This document shows positions 17,775-28,224 of a stretch of 64,000 nucleotides of DNA, one piece after another. How positions within the stretch are numbered: position 1 is the first letter of the stretch; each line of letters starts with the position of its first letter. The position numbers and the translations under genes are program-made. The stretch comes from Methanoregula sp. (GTDB lineage Archaea > Halobacteriota > Methanomicrobia > Methanomicrobiales > Methanospirillaceae). The stretch lies in NCBI GenBank assembly GCA_052325125.1, contig JBKQWO010000028.1. The stretch is one strand, 5' to 3'. A model generated the notes under the pieces. It worked only from the letters and a program-made list of their open reading frames with translations, had not been told where the DNA came from and made no database searches.

Positions 17775-19204
17775 GCGAAACGACAAAAGAAGCAACCACC
17801 GCCTTACCCCCGAAGAAGATCCTCGGGGTCTTTGCCCTGGCCATGATCAACGTGGCAGCGGTCTTAAGCATCAGAAATTTCCCCTCCATGGCGGAGTACG
17901 GATGGTCCAGTATCGGCTGGTACGTTATCGGGACGATCCTCTTTTTGATCCCGATCTCGCTTGCCGGTGCAGAACTGGCGACCGGCTGGCCTGTAGGCGG
18001 GGGTATCTATGCGTGGGTGAAACAGGCGTTTGGCGACAAGGGCGGGTTTACCGCAATCTTCTGCGAGTGGTCCAACAACCTCGTCTGGTTCCCGACCGTG
18101 CTTGCCTTTATCGCCGCAACGCTTGCGTATGCCCTCACCCCGACGCTCGCGAACAACCCGCACTATATGTTTGTCGTCATGATGGCCGCTTTCTGGGGCA
18201 CGACCCTTATCGCGCTCGCAGGTCCCGAAGTCACGAGCAGGTTTTCAAATATCGGTGTTATCCTCGGGGGCATCATCCCGTCGATCCTGATTATCATCCT
18301 TGGTGTCGTGTGGGTCCTTGACGGTACAAAAACCGTGCTGCCCCCCTTTTCGCTGGGTGCGGTGCTCCCGACGATCAACATTTCGACCCTGCCCTTCTTT
18401 GCAACCATCGTCCTGCTCTTCTCGGGTATGGAAATGGCGGGTTTCCACGCCCTTTCGACAAGGAATCCCCAGAAGGACTACCCCAAGGCCATGGCGTTCT
18501 CCGCAATCATCATCTTTTTCTGCACCGTGCTTGCCACGCTTGCGATCGCTTTTGTGATCCCGGCCGACAAGCTCAACCTCGCATCCGGCGTGATGCAGGC
18601 CATCCAGTACTTCTTTGTCTCTTTTGGCCTGCCCGGTTTTGTCGCACCGATGGCCCTCCTGATTACGGTTGGCGGTATCGTTTCGCTCGCAGCATGGCTG
18701 ATCGGCCCGGCGCAGGGCCTTGGCGTTGTTGCAGAAGACGGCAACATGCCGCCGCTGTTCAACCGGACCAACAGGCACGGTGCCCCGGTGGCGATCCTGC
18801 TCATCCAGGCGATCATCGGCTCGGTCATCGCCCTCCTGTACGTATTCCTGCCCTCGGTGAATGCCGCGTACTGGCTCCTCTCGGCGGTGACGACGGAACT
18901 GCTGGCCATCGTGTACCTTCTCGTCTTTGCCGCGCTTATCAAGCTCCGGTACAGCCAGCCTGACGCACCCCGTCCGTTTAAAATCCCCGGGGGAATGCCG
19001 GGGGTCTGGCTCGTTGGCGGCCTTGGTGCATTCGGGGTTATTTTTACCTTTATCGTGGGACTGCTCCCCCCGGCTTTCTATTCGAGCGGTCCGCTCTATG
19101 TCGGGGCTGTTCTGTTTGGGACATTTGTCCTTGCTGTCCCGCCGCTGGTGTTCCTGAAGTTCAGGAAGCCCTCATGGAAGAAGGGTGCAACAGAGCAGGA
19201 ATAA
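17771..19204 (+). CDS. APC-superfamily amino acid/polyamine antiporter (GadC/AGT-like)
   Basis: 477 aa with about 12 predicted TM segments. The N-terminal region (LAGAELATGWPVGGGIYAWVKQAFG) resembles GadC-type exchangers. Its ATG overlaps the decarboxylase stop as ATGA. Confidence 0.8.
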   Translation: MSETTKEATTALPPKKILGVFALAMINVAAVLSIRNFPSMAEYGWSSIGWYVIGTILFLIPISLAGAELATGWPVGGGIYAWVKQAFGDKGGFTAIFCEWSNNLVWFPTVLAFIAATLAYALTPTLANNPHYMFVVMMAAFWGTTLIALAGPEVTSRFSNIGVILGGIIPSILIIILGVVWVLDGTKTVLPPFSLGAVLPTINISTLPFFATIVLLFSGMEMAGFHALSTRNPQKDYPKAMAFSAIIIFFCTVLATLAIAFVIPADKLNLASGVMQAIQYFFVSFGLPGFVAPMALLITVGGIVSLAAWLIGPAQGLGVVAEDGNMPPLFNRTNRHGAPVAILLIQAIIGSVIALLYVFLPSVNAAYWLLSAVTTELLAIVYLLVFAALIKLRYSQPDAPRPFKIPGGMPGVWLVGGLGAFGVIFTFIVGLLPPAFYSSGPLYVGAVLFGTFVLAVPPLVFLKFRKPSWKKGATEQE

Positions 19205-19385
19205 GATCTACTTTTTCAGTATACCTCAATGAAATACAGACAAATCATAAGTATCCGTACCCGATTTTTTGTCAGGGCACCTCGTTTCCGTTTTGGGATA
19301 TGACGGGATCCTGGCATGGGTGGTGCCAGGGAATAACCTGTATCCAGGATCCGACCGGCCGGAAACAATAGGAAAAAGCCCGGTC

Positions 19386-19943
19386 TTATTCTCCGCATGC
19401 ATCCGGCTCATCTGCTACATAGACCGTTTTCTCTGCCTTATCCGATACAAGCGCGCTGTTCCCCATCGGATCCTGCAGGATCAGCGTGACTGGCAGCCCG
19501 CCGGCTTTGACACTTTCGATCTTTTCGAAGAGCAATCGACCGTTCTCTTTTTCCGTCTCGTCCCCGTCCCTCACTGCGGCCCTGACGGCCTGGGCGATCC
19601 GGTCAAGCACACCTTCAACATTGGTCACGAATCCTTCACAGGCCGGGCCCGGGTCGATACGGACGCCAAGCTCCGGGATCTCGATGACACCGGTCATGCT
19701 CCGCACCACCCGCACGTCGAGATCCTCCCTGGTCGTCACCGGGAGTTCGTACCGCACCGGCTCGGTGTTTTTCAGGAGCTGGGTATCCACGTACCGGTAC
19801 CCGCAGGACGGGCATATGGCAGAGATAATAAGAATATCAGAAAAATAGGGAATATTTTCCGTCTGGTAGAGATATTCTATTTCGGTATTGCAGTATGGAC
19901 ACGGTCCCGGAACGATCGTGCGCAAAGGGTTATGCCCCGCCAA
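19386..19943 (-). CDS. ZPR1-type zinc-finger protein
   Basis: 185 aa with two CxxC pairs (CPYC ... CPSC) and a ZPR1-like beta-rich domain. The track start is a TTG overlapping the sepF 3' end; an alternative TTG lies at 19925, so the start is uncertain. Confidence 0.7.
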   Translation of the reverse strand: MAGHNPLRTIVPGPCPYCNTEIEYLYQTENIPYFSDILIISAICPSCGYRYVDTQLLKNTEPVRYELPVTTREDLDVRVVRSMTGVIEIPELGVRIDPGPACEGFVTNVEGVLDRIAQAVRAAVRDGDETEKENGRLLFEKIESVKAGGLPVTLILQDPMGNSALVSDKAEKTVYVADEPDACGE

Positions 19944-20298
19944 TCTTGTCGCGCGAGATCTTCACGGACATCGGAGTAAGGACGACGTACCGCTGGTCGC
20001 CGAGGCCGATGATATCCCCGTTAACGTCTTTTGCAACTTCCTTTAAGTCCTTTAAGACCCGCTCGTAGGAAATCTTGTCCATCTTCAGGCGCGAGATATC
20101 GACGATCACGATGTTCCCGTTGTAGACCTCGTCCTTGACACGGGGCGTATCCTTGAGATCTGCAATAGTTGCGATCTTTACCAGGAGCGCAGGTGAACCG
20201 CTTCCGTGCTCCTCGTAGGAACTGAGGTCCAGATCCATGTAATCATCGTCGGAACTGGTGGCATTTTTCCCTAAAAGTGTGTCTATGATCTTAACCAT
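19930..20298 (-). CDS. sepF: archaeal SepF-like cell division protein
   Basis: 122 aa with an acidic linker followed by the SepF core (LVKIATIADLKDTPRVKDEVYNGNIVIVDISRL...DIIGLGDQRYVVLTP). Confidence 0.75.
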   Translation of the reverse strand: MVKIIDTLLGKNATSSDDDYMDLDLSSYEEHGSGSPALLVKIATIADLKDTPRVKDEVYNGNIVIVDISRLKMDKISYERVLKDLKEVAKDVNGDIIGLGDQRYVVLTPMSVKISRDKIGGA

Positions 20299-20390
20299 AA
20301 AAAAACTGTACGAAGAAACTTATTTAATAGTATCGATGTAAAAGGCAGAAATGGCCTGATTTTCCAGCCGTATTCATCGTTTTGGAAATG

Positions 20391-21338
<948 letters not shown>

Positions 21339-21349
21339 GGTGAAATACT

Positions 21350-21532
21350 ATGTCAAAAGGCACTCCGTCAATGGGAAAGATGAACAAGATGACCCACATC
21401 GCCTGCAGGCGCTGTGGCAGGATCTCGTTTCACGCCCAGAAGAAAGTCTGCTCTTCCTGCGGGTTTGGCAGAAGCACCAAGATGCAAAGTTACAAGTGGC
21501 ACAGCAAGAGACCAAAAACTCCGACGCATTAG
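21350..21532 (+). CDS. rpl37e: ribosomal protein L37e (eL37)
   Basis: 60 aa. [39 protein letters not shown] carries the zinc-ribbon CxxC...CxxC. Confidence 0.9.
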   Translation: MSKGTPSMGKMNKMTHIACRRCGRISFHAQKKVCSSCGFGRSTKMQSYKWHSKRPKTPTH

Positions 21533-21541
21533 AGCAGTACC

Positions 21542-22972
21542 ATGTGTGGTATCGTTGGCATCGTCGATGCTGGCGGTGTTTCCATCCAGCTCTACTATGC
21601 CCTGTATGCGCTCCAGCATCGTGGCCAGGAGAGCGCCGGGATATCCACGTTTGACGGGACAAGCCTCTGTAAGTTCAAGGGGCAGGGACTTGTCGCTGAT
21701 GTTTTTTCCCCTTCTGTTTTAAACGATCTTAAAGGCACGGCCGGCATCGGCCATGTGCGGTACCCGACGACCGGTGCGAACCTGCCGGAGAATATCCAGC
21801 CCCTGAATTTCCAGTTCAAGGATCGGTTTATCTCGGTCGCCCACAACGGGAACCTGGTCAACACCTGCGAACTCCGGCGGGAGTACGAACAGGCGGGCCA
21901 GATCTTTACCACAACGACCGATACGGAGATCATCGCGAAGATCTTAATCGATGAAATCAGTACCTCAGGCTGCGTTGAGGACGCAGTACACCTCTGTATG
22001 AAGCGGATGCAGGGCTCATACTCGGTTGTAATCATGATTGATGGTGTCATCTACGCGTTCCGCGACCCTCTTGGCATCAAACCGTTCTGCCTCGGGAAAA
22101 TTGAGAAAGGATACATCGTGGCGTCCGAGAGCGTGGCGATTGATGCACTGGGGGGAAAGTTCCTCCGCGATATAAAACCCGGGGAACTGATCCGGATGGA
22201 TGCTGACGGTGTCCGGTGTACGCAGATCGCGGTGGCAGGCAGGCGGGCCCATTGTATATTCGAATACATCTATTTCGCCCGGGCGGACGCGATCATCGAC
22301 GGAGTACTCGTGTACGATGTGCGCCGGGCTATCGGCCAGAAACTCCACGAAGAGGCACCGGTCAAGGCGGATTCGGTCTGTTCGGTACCGGACTCCGGTA
22401 CTGCCTACGCGATTGGGTATGCAGAACGATCCCGGGTCCCGTTCGTGGAGAGCCTCATGAAGAACCGGTATATGGGCCGGACGTTTATCATGCCGACGCA
22501 AAAAGAGCGTGAGCGGGCCGTCCGGATCAAGCTCAACCCCATCCCGGCGCACCTCAGGGACAAGTCGGTTGTCCTCGTCGATGACAGTATCGTGCGGGGG
22601 ACGACCTCAAAACGGATTATCGAGATGATGCGGGATGCGGGTGCACGTGAAGTGCACATGCGGATAGGATCGCCGGCGATTAAGGCCCCCTGTTATCTTG
22701 GTGTGGATATGCCGACCAGGAAAGAGCTGATCGCAAGCGACAAGGCGGAAGACGATGTCCGGCGTTGCATTACCTCAACCTCGCTCCATCATATCTCACT
22801 CGATGCGCTCGTAAAAGCTATCGGGTTTGATCGCGACGATCTCTGCACGGGATGCCTCACCGGCTGCTACCCGCTGCCCATCGATGGCGAGACCGCGAAC
22901 CCCCGCCAGGTGGATTTTGTTGACGGCACGTTCCAGTCAAAACTTGAGTCCTTCGAAGCGGAGACCACGTAA
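21542..22972 (+). CDS. purF: amidophosphoribosyltransferase
   Basis: 476 aa with the N-terminal nucleophile MCGIVGI, a glutamine amidotransferase class II domain and a PRTase motif (VVLVDDSIVRGTT). Confidence 0.9.
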   Translation: MCGIVGIVDAGGVSIQLYYALYALQHRGQESAGISTFDGTSLCKFKGQGLVADVFSPSVLNDLKGTAGIGHVRYPTTGANLPENIQPLNFQFKDRFISVAHNGNLVNTCELRREYEQAGQIFTTTTDTEIIAKILIDEISTSGCVEDAVHLCMKRMQGSYSVVIMIDGVIYAFRDPLGIKPFCLGKIEKGYIVASESVAIDALGGKFLRDIKPGELIRMDADGVRCTQIAVAGRRAHCIFEYIYFARADAIIDGVLVYDVRRAIGQKLHEEAPVKADSVCSVPDSGTAYAIGYAERSRVPFVESLMKNRYMGRTFIMPTQKERERAVRIKLNPIPAHLRDKSVVLVDDSIVRGTTSKRIIEMMRDAGAREVHMRIGSPAIKAPCYLGVDMPTRKELIASDKAEDDVRRCITSTSLHHISLDALVKAIGFDRDDLCTGCLTGCYPLPIDGETANPRQVDFVDGTFQSKLESFEAETT

Positions 22973-23161
22973 CCTTTTTCTTTTTCATCTTCTGGTGAAA
23001 GCCACATTTTTTAAATGCAGCCCCCTTTACGCCAACCCTGCCCCGGGGGGGCGGGGGCGTATGCGATGGACCCGGGATTACCTGTAACAAACGGAAACGT
23101 CCCCTGGAGCACATCTGCATACTGGTAATACGGCGTCGTCGCTAGCCGGGGGAGGCCTCTG

Positions 23162-23202
23162 GCGTGCGGGGGAGGCAGCCCAGGAAGAGCGTTTTATAAT
23201 CC
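23162..23202. repeat. second copy of the dispersed intergenic motif (core AGCCCARGAAGAGCGTYTTAT)
   Basis: gcgtgcgggggaggcagcccaggaagagcgttttataatcc aligns with 9064-9101. Confidence 0.5.
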
Positions 23203-23330
23203 TCTTTTGGGAGTTCTCCAGAGCATTTTGTTACCTCCATTCAGGCAAACTCATATTTTTGTCCTGGCGCAGACAACCCGGAATACTACAGAACCAATGG
23301 AATTTTTCCCGACTAAGGAGGGAGTGTTGT

Positions 23331-24029
23331 ATGGAGCATATCAGGAAGGCCTTTGATGCGGTGGCCGCGGAATATGATGCACAGCGCGAACATGTCATCC
23401 CTGACATGCGGAACTACTACAGCGCTGCTGTCTGGGCAGCGGAGAGCCCGTCGCATACTCCTGCGATCCTTGATATTGGGGCGGGAACCGGCCTGTTAAC
23501 CGCGCTCCTGCTTGAAAAATACCCGGCCGCGAACGTCACCCTGCTCGATATCGCGGAGAAGATGCTTGCCGTCGCACGGGAGCGCTTTTACGGCCGGGAG
23601 AATGTTTGTTTCCGGGCCGGGGATTATGCACAGGTGGACCTTGGCGGGCCTTACGACCTTGCCTGTTCCGCACTCTCGATCCATCACCTCGATCCCGGCG
23701 ACAAGCGCCGGCTCTTCGGGCGGGTGTACCGGGCCCTCGTCCCGGGCGGGATTTTTGTCAATGCCGACCAGACCGAAGGAGAGACGCCTTACTTCACGGA
23801 AAGGTACCGCGAGTACTGGAATGATTTCCTGAAAAGCGGGCCGCTTACCTCAGAAGAGCGGACAGAGATCCTGACGCGCCGGGACACGCTGGACAGGAAT
23901 GAGAAACTATCCGTGCAGCTCCAGTGGCTTCACGAGGCCGGGTTCACCGATGTCGATGTGGTCTACAGGAACCGGACGTTTATCGTGACCGTGGCGAGGA
24001 AAGAAAATACGGCAGAAACAGGCCAGTAG
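23331..24029 (+). CDS. class I SAM-dependent methyltransferase
   Basis: ORF 23259..24029 trimmed to the ATG at 23331, which is preceded by taaggaggga. It has the SAM motif ILDIGAGTGLLT and post-I/II motifs (LDIAEKML, DLACSALSIHHL). Confidence 0.8.
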   Translation: MEHIRKAFDAVAAEYDAQREHVIPDMRNYYSAAVWAAESPSHTPAILDIGAGTGLLTALLLEKYPAANVTLLDIAEKMLAVARERFYGRENVCFRAGDYAQVDLGGPYDLACSALSIHHLDPGDKRRLFGRVYRALVPGGIFVNADQTEGETPYFTERYREYWNDFLKSGPLTSEERTEILTRRDTLDRNEKLSVQLQWLHEAGFTDVDVVYRNRTFIVTVARKENTAETGQ

Positions 24030-24101
24030 CGAGGGATGGATTTGAACCATCGATCTACGGGTTATGAGCCCGTCGGGATATCCTGACTACCCTACCTCGC
24101 T
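24027..24101 (-). tRNA. tRNA-Met (anticodon CAT), initiator-like
   Basis: The reverse complement AGCGAGGTAGGGTAGTCAGGATATCCCGACGGGCTCATAACCCGTAGATCGATGGTTCAAATCCATCCCTCGCTA folds as a cloverleaf. It has a 7-bp acceptor stem with an A1:U72 pair, anticodon loop CUCAUAA with three G:C pairs next to it, and T-arm GATGG-TTCAAAT-CCATC. No CCA is encoded. The A1:U72 pair and the GGG/CCC stem are archaeal initiator features. Confidence 0.85.
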
Positions 24102-24116
24102 TCCGATTAATCAGGG

Positions 24117-24127
24117 TTATAATATAG
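24117..24127 (-). promoter_or_regulatory. candidate TATA box for tRNA-Met
   Basis: The minus-sense sequence ctatattataa lies about 16-26 nt upstream of tRNA position 1. Confidence 0.35.
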
Positions 24128-24219
24128 ACGGCGGGCGCTGATATACTTTACTCACTTGACAGTCGGGGCAGCATCCCTGTTCGCTAGATTCAATTAGCAG
24201 CGATGCCCTATTCACAGGT

Positions 24220-24621
24220 ATGGACGATAACGAGCTCAACGAGGTCCGAGAAAAAAGGATGGCGGCACTAAAAGAGAAGCTGGAGCACCAGAGCGTTGCA
24301 GGTGGCGTGATCCAGGTCGATCAACTGCACATCAACGACCTGCTCCAGAAACATCCGGCGCTTGTGGTTGATTTCTGGGCCGAATGGTGCGGGCCGTGCC
24401 GGAGGGTGGGACCTGTCATAGAAGAACTTGCACAGGAGTTTTCCGGGAAGGTCACGTTCGGGAAGTGCAACACAGACGAGAACCAGCAGCTGGCACTGCA
24501 GCTCAATATATCAGCGATCCCGAATATTGTCTTCTTCTCGCATGGCAAGATGGTGGACCGGGTGATCGGGGCATACCCGAAGGAAGCAATCCGGGAAAAA
24601 ATTATACGGAATTTCCCGTGA
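24220..24621 (+). CDS. trx: thioredoxin
   Basis: 133 aa with active site VVDFWAEWCGPCRRV and a thioredoxin fold after a ~35-aa N-terminal helical extension. Confidence 0.9.
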   Translation: MDDNELNEVREKRMAALKEKLEHQSVAGGVIQVDQLHINDLLQKHPALVVDFWAEWCGPCRRVGPVIEELAQEFSGKVTFGKCNTDENQQLALQLNISAIPNIVFFSHGKMVDRVIGAYPKEAIREKIIRNFP

Positions 24622-24707
24622 GCGGTACGAGCGGGTTTTTTGCGGGAGGGCACTCCTGCCGGATCCCCCTCCATTCCTGATTAAAAAAAAATATTCCTGA
24701 TCCCGCG

Positions 24708-24971
24708 TTATTCGCAGTACGGATCGTTTAAGAATTCTTCGTAGACTTTCTTTGGCTGCCTGCCGCCGCGGTGACTCCCGTGCGACCGGTGCTGGGATTC
24801 CGCATGTTCTTCCTCGTTCTCTGCCGCATCGAGATTATCCCCGACCGGTTCCTGCGGCCGCTGTTCCGCTGCCGGATGGGGCGGCTGGTTAGGGTGATCC
24901 CGCTGACGGTGATAGGTGCCCCGGTCATGGTGCTGGCGGGGTGGTTGTTCCTGATGCGTTTCCTCAGCCAT
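24708..24971 (-). CDS. hypothetical small His/Gln/Pro/Glu-rich protein
   Basis: 87-aa ORF starting with ATG. It is low complexity (10 His) and ends KKVYEEFLNDPYCE. No family was recognised, and coding status is uncertain. Confidence 0.35.
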   Translation of the reverse strand: MAEETHQEQPPRQHHDRGTYHRQRDHPNQPPHPAAEQRPQEPVGDNLDAAENEEEHAESQHRSHGSHRGGRQPKKVYEEFLNDPYCE

Positions 24972-25101
24972 AGATATCAGATATCATACGGGTCAGGATA
25001 CAGAAAAAACTTATCATTCCCGGTCTGGTCCGGGGATGCGAGGACCGCGGTTCCGTTGAACGCATACTCAGACCCCAATGCTGGTGGATCGAGGGGGAGG
25101 C

Positions 25102-25662
25102 TCATTCTCCTGAATACAGCGTCCCTTCCTGGATTTCGATGATGAGGGCACCCAGCTCCTCGACAACCTTGAGCAGGTTCGGGCCGGCCGTGATTACCGG
25201 CCGGGCATTGTCGAATTCGCCAATCGACAGAATCCAGGTATTTCCCCAGATCTCAAACCGGAACAGGCGCTTTTTCCAGAAAATGCCTGCCGGTATCAAG
25301 ATAACACCGAGAACGCTGCACGTAATTCCGCCGAGCAGGAGTGGTGTGTTCCCGCCCAGACCCAAGAACGCGGTCAGTATCCCCGCGAGCAGGATGACGA
25401 TCCCAAAAGCGATAAGGCCGGGGCGGTACCGCCCGGACTGCACGATACCGACACCCCGGATGTCTGCGATGCTGACCTGCTGGTAGAGAGATTCTGTTTT
25501 CACATCAAAAAAATTCCTGACGGACGAGTAGGCGATAAGCCGTTTGCTGGTCACGGCAATGCCGATCTTTGCCCTGACCGGATAATACATCCGCAGACTG
25601 TCATACTCCTTAACCAGGTTCTCATTCTGTGCAAACCCGATAAAATTACGAATATCTGTCAT
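25102..25662 (-). CDS. hypothetical membrane protein (two central TM helices)
   Basis: 186 aa with an ATG start and a hydrophobic core (LIAFGIVILLAGILTAFLGLGG...LLLGGITCSVLGVILIPAGIFW) flanked by soluble segments. No family was recognised. Confidence 0.6.
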   Translation of the reverse strand: MTDIRNFIGFAQNENLVKEYDSLRMYYPVRAKIGIAVTSKRLIAYSSVRNFFDVKTESLYQQVSIADIRGVGIVQSGRYRPGLIAFGIVILLAGILTAFLGLGGNTPLLLGGITCSVLGVILIPAGIFWKKRLFRFEIWGNTWILSIGEFDNARPVITAGPNLLKVVEELGALIIEIQEGTLYSGE

Positions 25663-25818
25663 GCCCGCACTGATCCTTTACGGTAATTTTGGTATCCAAT
25701 TATTACAAAATTGCGGTTGGGAGTTCGATTATCGTTTATCCCACTCCGGCCGGATCCATAAAATGAACACGTATATACATCAACGTCCCATTCGTATCAT
25801 CAGATCATTCCGGTGGCC

Positions 25819-27372
25819 ATGTCCAACGTTACCACGCTTCTCGATGCAAAAAGCGTTCCCGAGGCCAAGGCAGCGCTCGTCTGCCCTTCGCGAAACGAGA
25901 CCTACAGTTATAAAAAACTCCGCGAGGAGATGAACCGGGTCGGGAGCGGCCTTTGCAGTCTGGGCATCAGGAAAGGTGACCGGGTCTGCATTTATCTCGA
26001 TAGTTCGCCTGAGTACCTGATCAGCTATTTTGCGATCTGGCGGATCGGTGCCGTCGCGGTCCCGACCAATATCGTATACCAGGCAGAGGAGCTGCTGCAT
26101 GCGGCGAGCGACGCCGGCGCCCGTGCGGTCATTACGGATGTGCGGGGTGCCCGTATTGTCGCTGAAGTACAAAAGAAGGCCCCGGCCCTTGCCCATATCA
26201 TCTGTGTGGGTGGAAACGGCACCGGCAGCGGCGCCGATATCGTCGAATGGGAATCGTTTCCTCCGGCACCGGCATCCATGCGTGCGGTCAACTGCGCGAT
26301 GGATGACCTCTGCCACATCCAGTACACGGCCGGTACGACCGGCAAGCCCAAGGGTGCAATGCTCTCTCACGGCAACTGGATGACGGCACTCGATGCGGAG
26401 CGGGAAGCCCTCCGGCTCCGGCCGGACGATGTGTATCTCGGGATTTACCCCATGGGGCATGTCGGCTTCTCGTGGGGGCTTGCCGTCCTGCGGGCCGGGG
26501 GGACCTTTGTGATGATGGAACGTTTCGACCCCGACCGGTATCTCGCTTTGGCCAAACGGCATAAGGTAACCGTCCTTGCCGGCATGCCGCCGGTCATCCA
26601 TACGCTCGTTCACAGCGCCCCGGCTACAGAGGACTATCTTCGCACAGCCCGGCTCATTATATCGGGAGGGGGGCAGCTGCTGCCTGCGATCTGGGAGGCG
26701 TTCGACCGTCGCTACCACATCCCGGTCGCAAACTCGTACGGGCTTTCCGAGACGATCGTGATCGGTTCGGGCACGACCACCCTGCCCGAATACCCGGCAC
26801 TTACCCGGAACTACCAGAGCGTGGGAGTCGCAGCAGGGTATACGGAGGTCAGGATCGTCGATGTGGACGATCCGGAAAAGGAGATGCCCCCGGAGGAGAC
26901 CGGGGAGATCGCGCTTCGGGGACCGTCCGTTGCACAGGGGTACTGGAACCAGCCGGAAGCGACAGCCGCCGTGTTCCGCCATGACGGCTGGTTCTTGACC
27001 GGGGATATCGGGAACATGGACCGGGACGGTGTCCTTTTCATCACCGATCGGAAAAAGGACATGATCATCATGTCGGGCTGGAAGATCTATCCGACCGAAG
27101 TGGAGAACGTGATTATCCAGCATCTGGCAGTTGCGGATGTGGCAGTTTTTGGTATTCCCGATGAGCGCAAAGGGGAAGTGCCGGTAGCCGCGATCGTTTT
27201 ACGCGCCGGATCCACACTTTCGGAAACGGAATTTGATTCGTTCTGCCGCATGCACCTTGCCGGCTACAAGGTTCCGCGCAAACTCGTGTTCACAGACGAG
27301 CTCCCCCGCGTCCACGGCTGGAAACTCCTGCGCCGCACCCTGCGGGAAAAATTCGGACAAATCGGGTCCTGA
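25819..27372 (+). CDS. AMP-dependent synthetase/ligase (acyl-CoA synthetase family)
   Basis: It has the AMP-binding motif IQYTAGTTGKPKGAMLSHGN, then YGLSET, TGDIG and the DRKKDMII core. The track start is GTG at 25813; the first ATG is at 25819. Confidence 0.85.
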   Translation: MSNVTTLLDAKSVPEAKAALVCPSRNETYSYKKLREEMNRVGSGLCSLGIRKGDRVCIYLDSSPEYLISYFAIWRIGAVAVPTNIVYQAEELLHAASDAGARAVITDVRGARIVAEVQKKAPALAHIICVGGNGTGSGADIVEWESFPPAPASMRAVNCAMDDLCHIQYTAGTTGKPKGAMLSHGNWMTALDAEREALRLRPDDVYLGIYPMGHVGFSWGLAVLRAGGTFVMMERFDPDRYLALAKRHKVTVLAGMPPVIHTLVHSAPATEDYLRTARLIISGGGQLLPAIWEAFDRRYHIPVANSYGLSETIVIGSGTTTLPEYPALTRNYQSVGVAAGYTEVRIVDVDDPEKEMPPEETGEIALRGPSVAQGYWNQPEATAAVFRHDGWFLTGDIGNMDRDGVLFITDRKKDMIIMSGWKIYPTEVENVIIQHLAVADVAVFGIPDERKGEVPVAAIVLRAGSTLSETEFDSFCRMHLAGYKVPRKLVFTDELPRVHGWKLLRRTLREKFGQIGS

Positions 27373-27465
27373 TACAGAATTACGGGAATATTCTGCGACA
27401 AAATGCTGCAATCCCCGGAAACTTTTTAAATTCACGGCCGATACTATTAGCCGGAGCATCCCGGC

Positions 27466-28086
27466 GTGGATACAAAAAGTCAGATTGCAGACGTTCCTGT
27501 CACCGGCAGGCCAAAGAAGCGATCGACCGGCATTGTGGGCCTCAACCTCCTTCTGGACGGGGGATTTCCCGAAGGATCCGTTATCATGGTGTACGGGACG
27601 CCGCTCGCCGGCGTCGATCTCGCGGCGATGCAGTTCTGGAAGGTGGAAGGCGAAGAAGGCACGTACCTGATGAACGACGGGGAGGTTGAGACGGATATGG
27701 TGGACGCAGCTGACCTTCACCCCGAAATGTACCTCACCCAGATGGTGGGGGGCAGGATTGTCATCGATTCTCTCTCCACGATTATCATCAAATACGGCAT
27801 CGACAGCGCGCTGAAATTTATGAAGCTCGCACGCGAGGAAATGCGCAAGCGCCGTGCGAACCTGCTGTTCATCGTCTATACCAACGTACATACTCCCGTC
27901 GAGATGACACGGATCATGCGGGCAGCAGATCTTGTCATAGAACTCAAAACGGAGGTACACCAGAGCGAGATCGAGCGGACGCTTGCGGTGCACAAGATCC
28001 GCGATGCCGCCGCCCCCCAGCGTCTCCTGCCGTTTATTATTACCGAGCGGGGGATCGAGGCTTCGACGACGTCGAGAGTGGTGTAA
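27466..28086 (+). CDS. KaiC/RecA-superfamily domain protein with a degenerate Walker A
   Basis: 206 aa with a GTG start. It has a KaiC-like N-terminus (STGIVGLNLLLDGGFPEGSVIMVYG), but the P-loop reads GTPLAGVD instead of GxxGxGKT. A Walker B-like RIVIDSLS motif is retained. Confidence 0.65.
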   Translation: MDTKSQIADVPVTGRPKKRSTGIVGLNLLLDGGFPEGSVIMVYGTPLAGVDLAAMQFWKVEGEEGTYLMNDGEVETDMVDAADLHPEMYLTQMVGGRIVIDSLSTIIIKYGIDSALKFMKLAREEMRKRRANLLFIVYTNVHTPVEMTRIMRAADLVIELKTEVHQSEIERTLAVHKIRDAAAPQRLLPFIITERGIEASTTSRVV

Positions 28087-28224
28087 GGGTTTTCTTCTCC
28101 TTTTTTCGTGGCTGTTGTTGTGATTTGGGGAGCCGGATTTTTTCATGCGATCTTCCATGGCTACGGAGGACTGCGGAAAGCGATTCACATGCAACTGCGG
28201 TAAAATGTAAAATCTAAAGTCCAA

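Noticed and set aside
21340-21662. 104-aa ORFs on both strands overlapping L37e and the purF start
   Set aside because: They overlap the clearly conserved rpl37e and purF frames and have Arg/Cys/Ser-rich spurious composition.
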